NCBI GenBank assembly: GCA_049512075.1
Contig: JBEKXL010000022.1
Coordinates: 1-38,338, forward strand
DNA length: 38,338 nt
DNA from: Candidatus Bathyarchaeia archaeon
Lineage (GTDB): Archaea > Thermoproteota > Bathyarchaeia > Bathyarchaeales > Bathycorpusculaceae
Direction: 5' to 3'
The translations under genes and the position numbers were made by a program. Under the pieces are notes generated by a model. The model was not told the DNA's origin. It ran no database searches and saw only the letters and a list, made by a program, of their open reading frames with translations. Positions 37,917 through 38,338 of the stretch are shown here, in pieces; positions within the stretch are counted from its first letter, which is position 1, and the number at the start of each line of letters is the position of its first letter.

Positions 37917-38255
37917 CTACTGAGGTTCAAGTAGAATATCCTTCCCTTCAACTTTCACCACATATGCAGGTTCATCTTTGATCTTTGGGTGCATGAAAGG
38001 AATCTTTGGACCAGAAACAACTTTGCCGGTTGTGACGTCAAATTTTGCCCTATGCTTGGGACAGGTCACCGTATTTCCCTCTAACATTCCTTTTGAAAGG
38101 TCGCCGCGCATGTGTGTGCAAATATTTCCGATGGCGTAATAGACGTCGTTTACGTTGGCTATCAAAACTTCTTTTTCAGCAAGCTTTACGACCTTTATTT
38201 GTCCCAGAGGGATCTCTGACGTTTCAGCAACTTTCACAAGAGTCAATTTTCCCAC
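37917..38255 (-). CDS. Rieske [2Fe-2S] ferredoxin
   Basis: CTH...CPKH..KFDVTTG. Confidence 0.93.
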   Translation of the reverse strand: MGKLTLVKVAETSEIPLGQIKVVKLAEKEVLIANVNDVYYAIGNICTHMRGDLSKGMLEGNTVTCPKHRAKFDVTTGKVVSGPKIPFMHPKIKDEPAYVVKVEGKDILLEPQ

Positions 38256-38338
38256 GTCCGTTCTTCATATTTTTCTCTCCAATTTTCAATCGCCATTAAT
38301 TGCTAATCGCAGGTGCTTGCCGCAAATACTTCGTGTCC

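Overview
Archaeal chromosomal window, most consistent with Bathyarchaeia (inferred from ftr, aRF1, archaeal LeuRS, an intron-containing tRNA and gene style). Housekeeping genes (ftr, prf1, leuS, an HTH-PRTase) alternate with accessory blocks containing several decayed genes. Best candidate for a new system: a 101-aa secreted precursor with three tandem GDPVGGGVP cores (26685-26990), directly followed by a double-HTH Lrp/AsnC-like gene. It looks like a peptide signal plus receptor cassette or a multicore RiPP-like precursor. Other highlights: (1) an oxalate-oxidoreductase-like (YPIRP) three-gene cluster with an altered active-site residue, next to a GGT-family amidohydrolase; (2) a tRNA-Arg(UCU) with two introns; (3) a membrane-anchored HTH regulator flanked by an inverted pair of operator-like boxes; (4) an island at the right end with iteron-like repeats, palindromes, a restriction-nuclease-like pair and an ImmA/IrrE-like peptidase. 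All calls come from reading the sequence and recalling family motifs; no searches were run.
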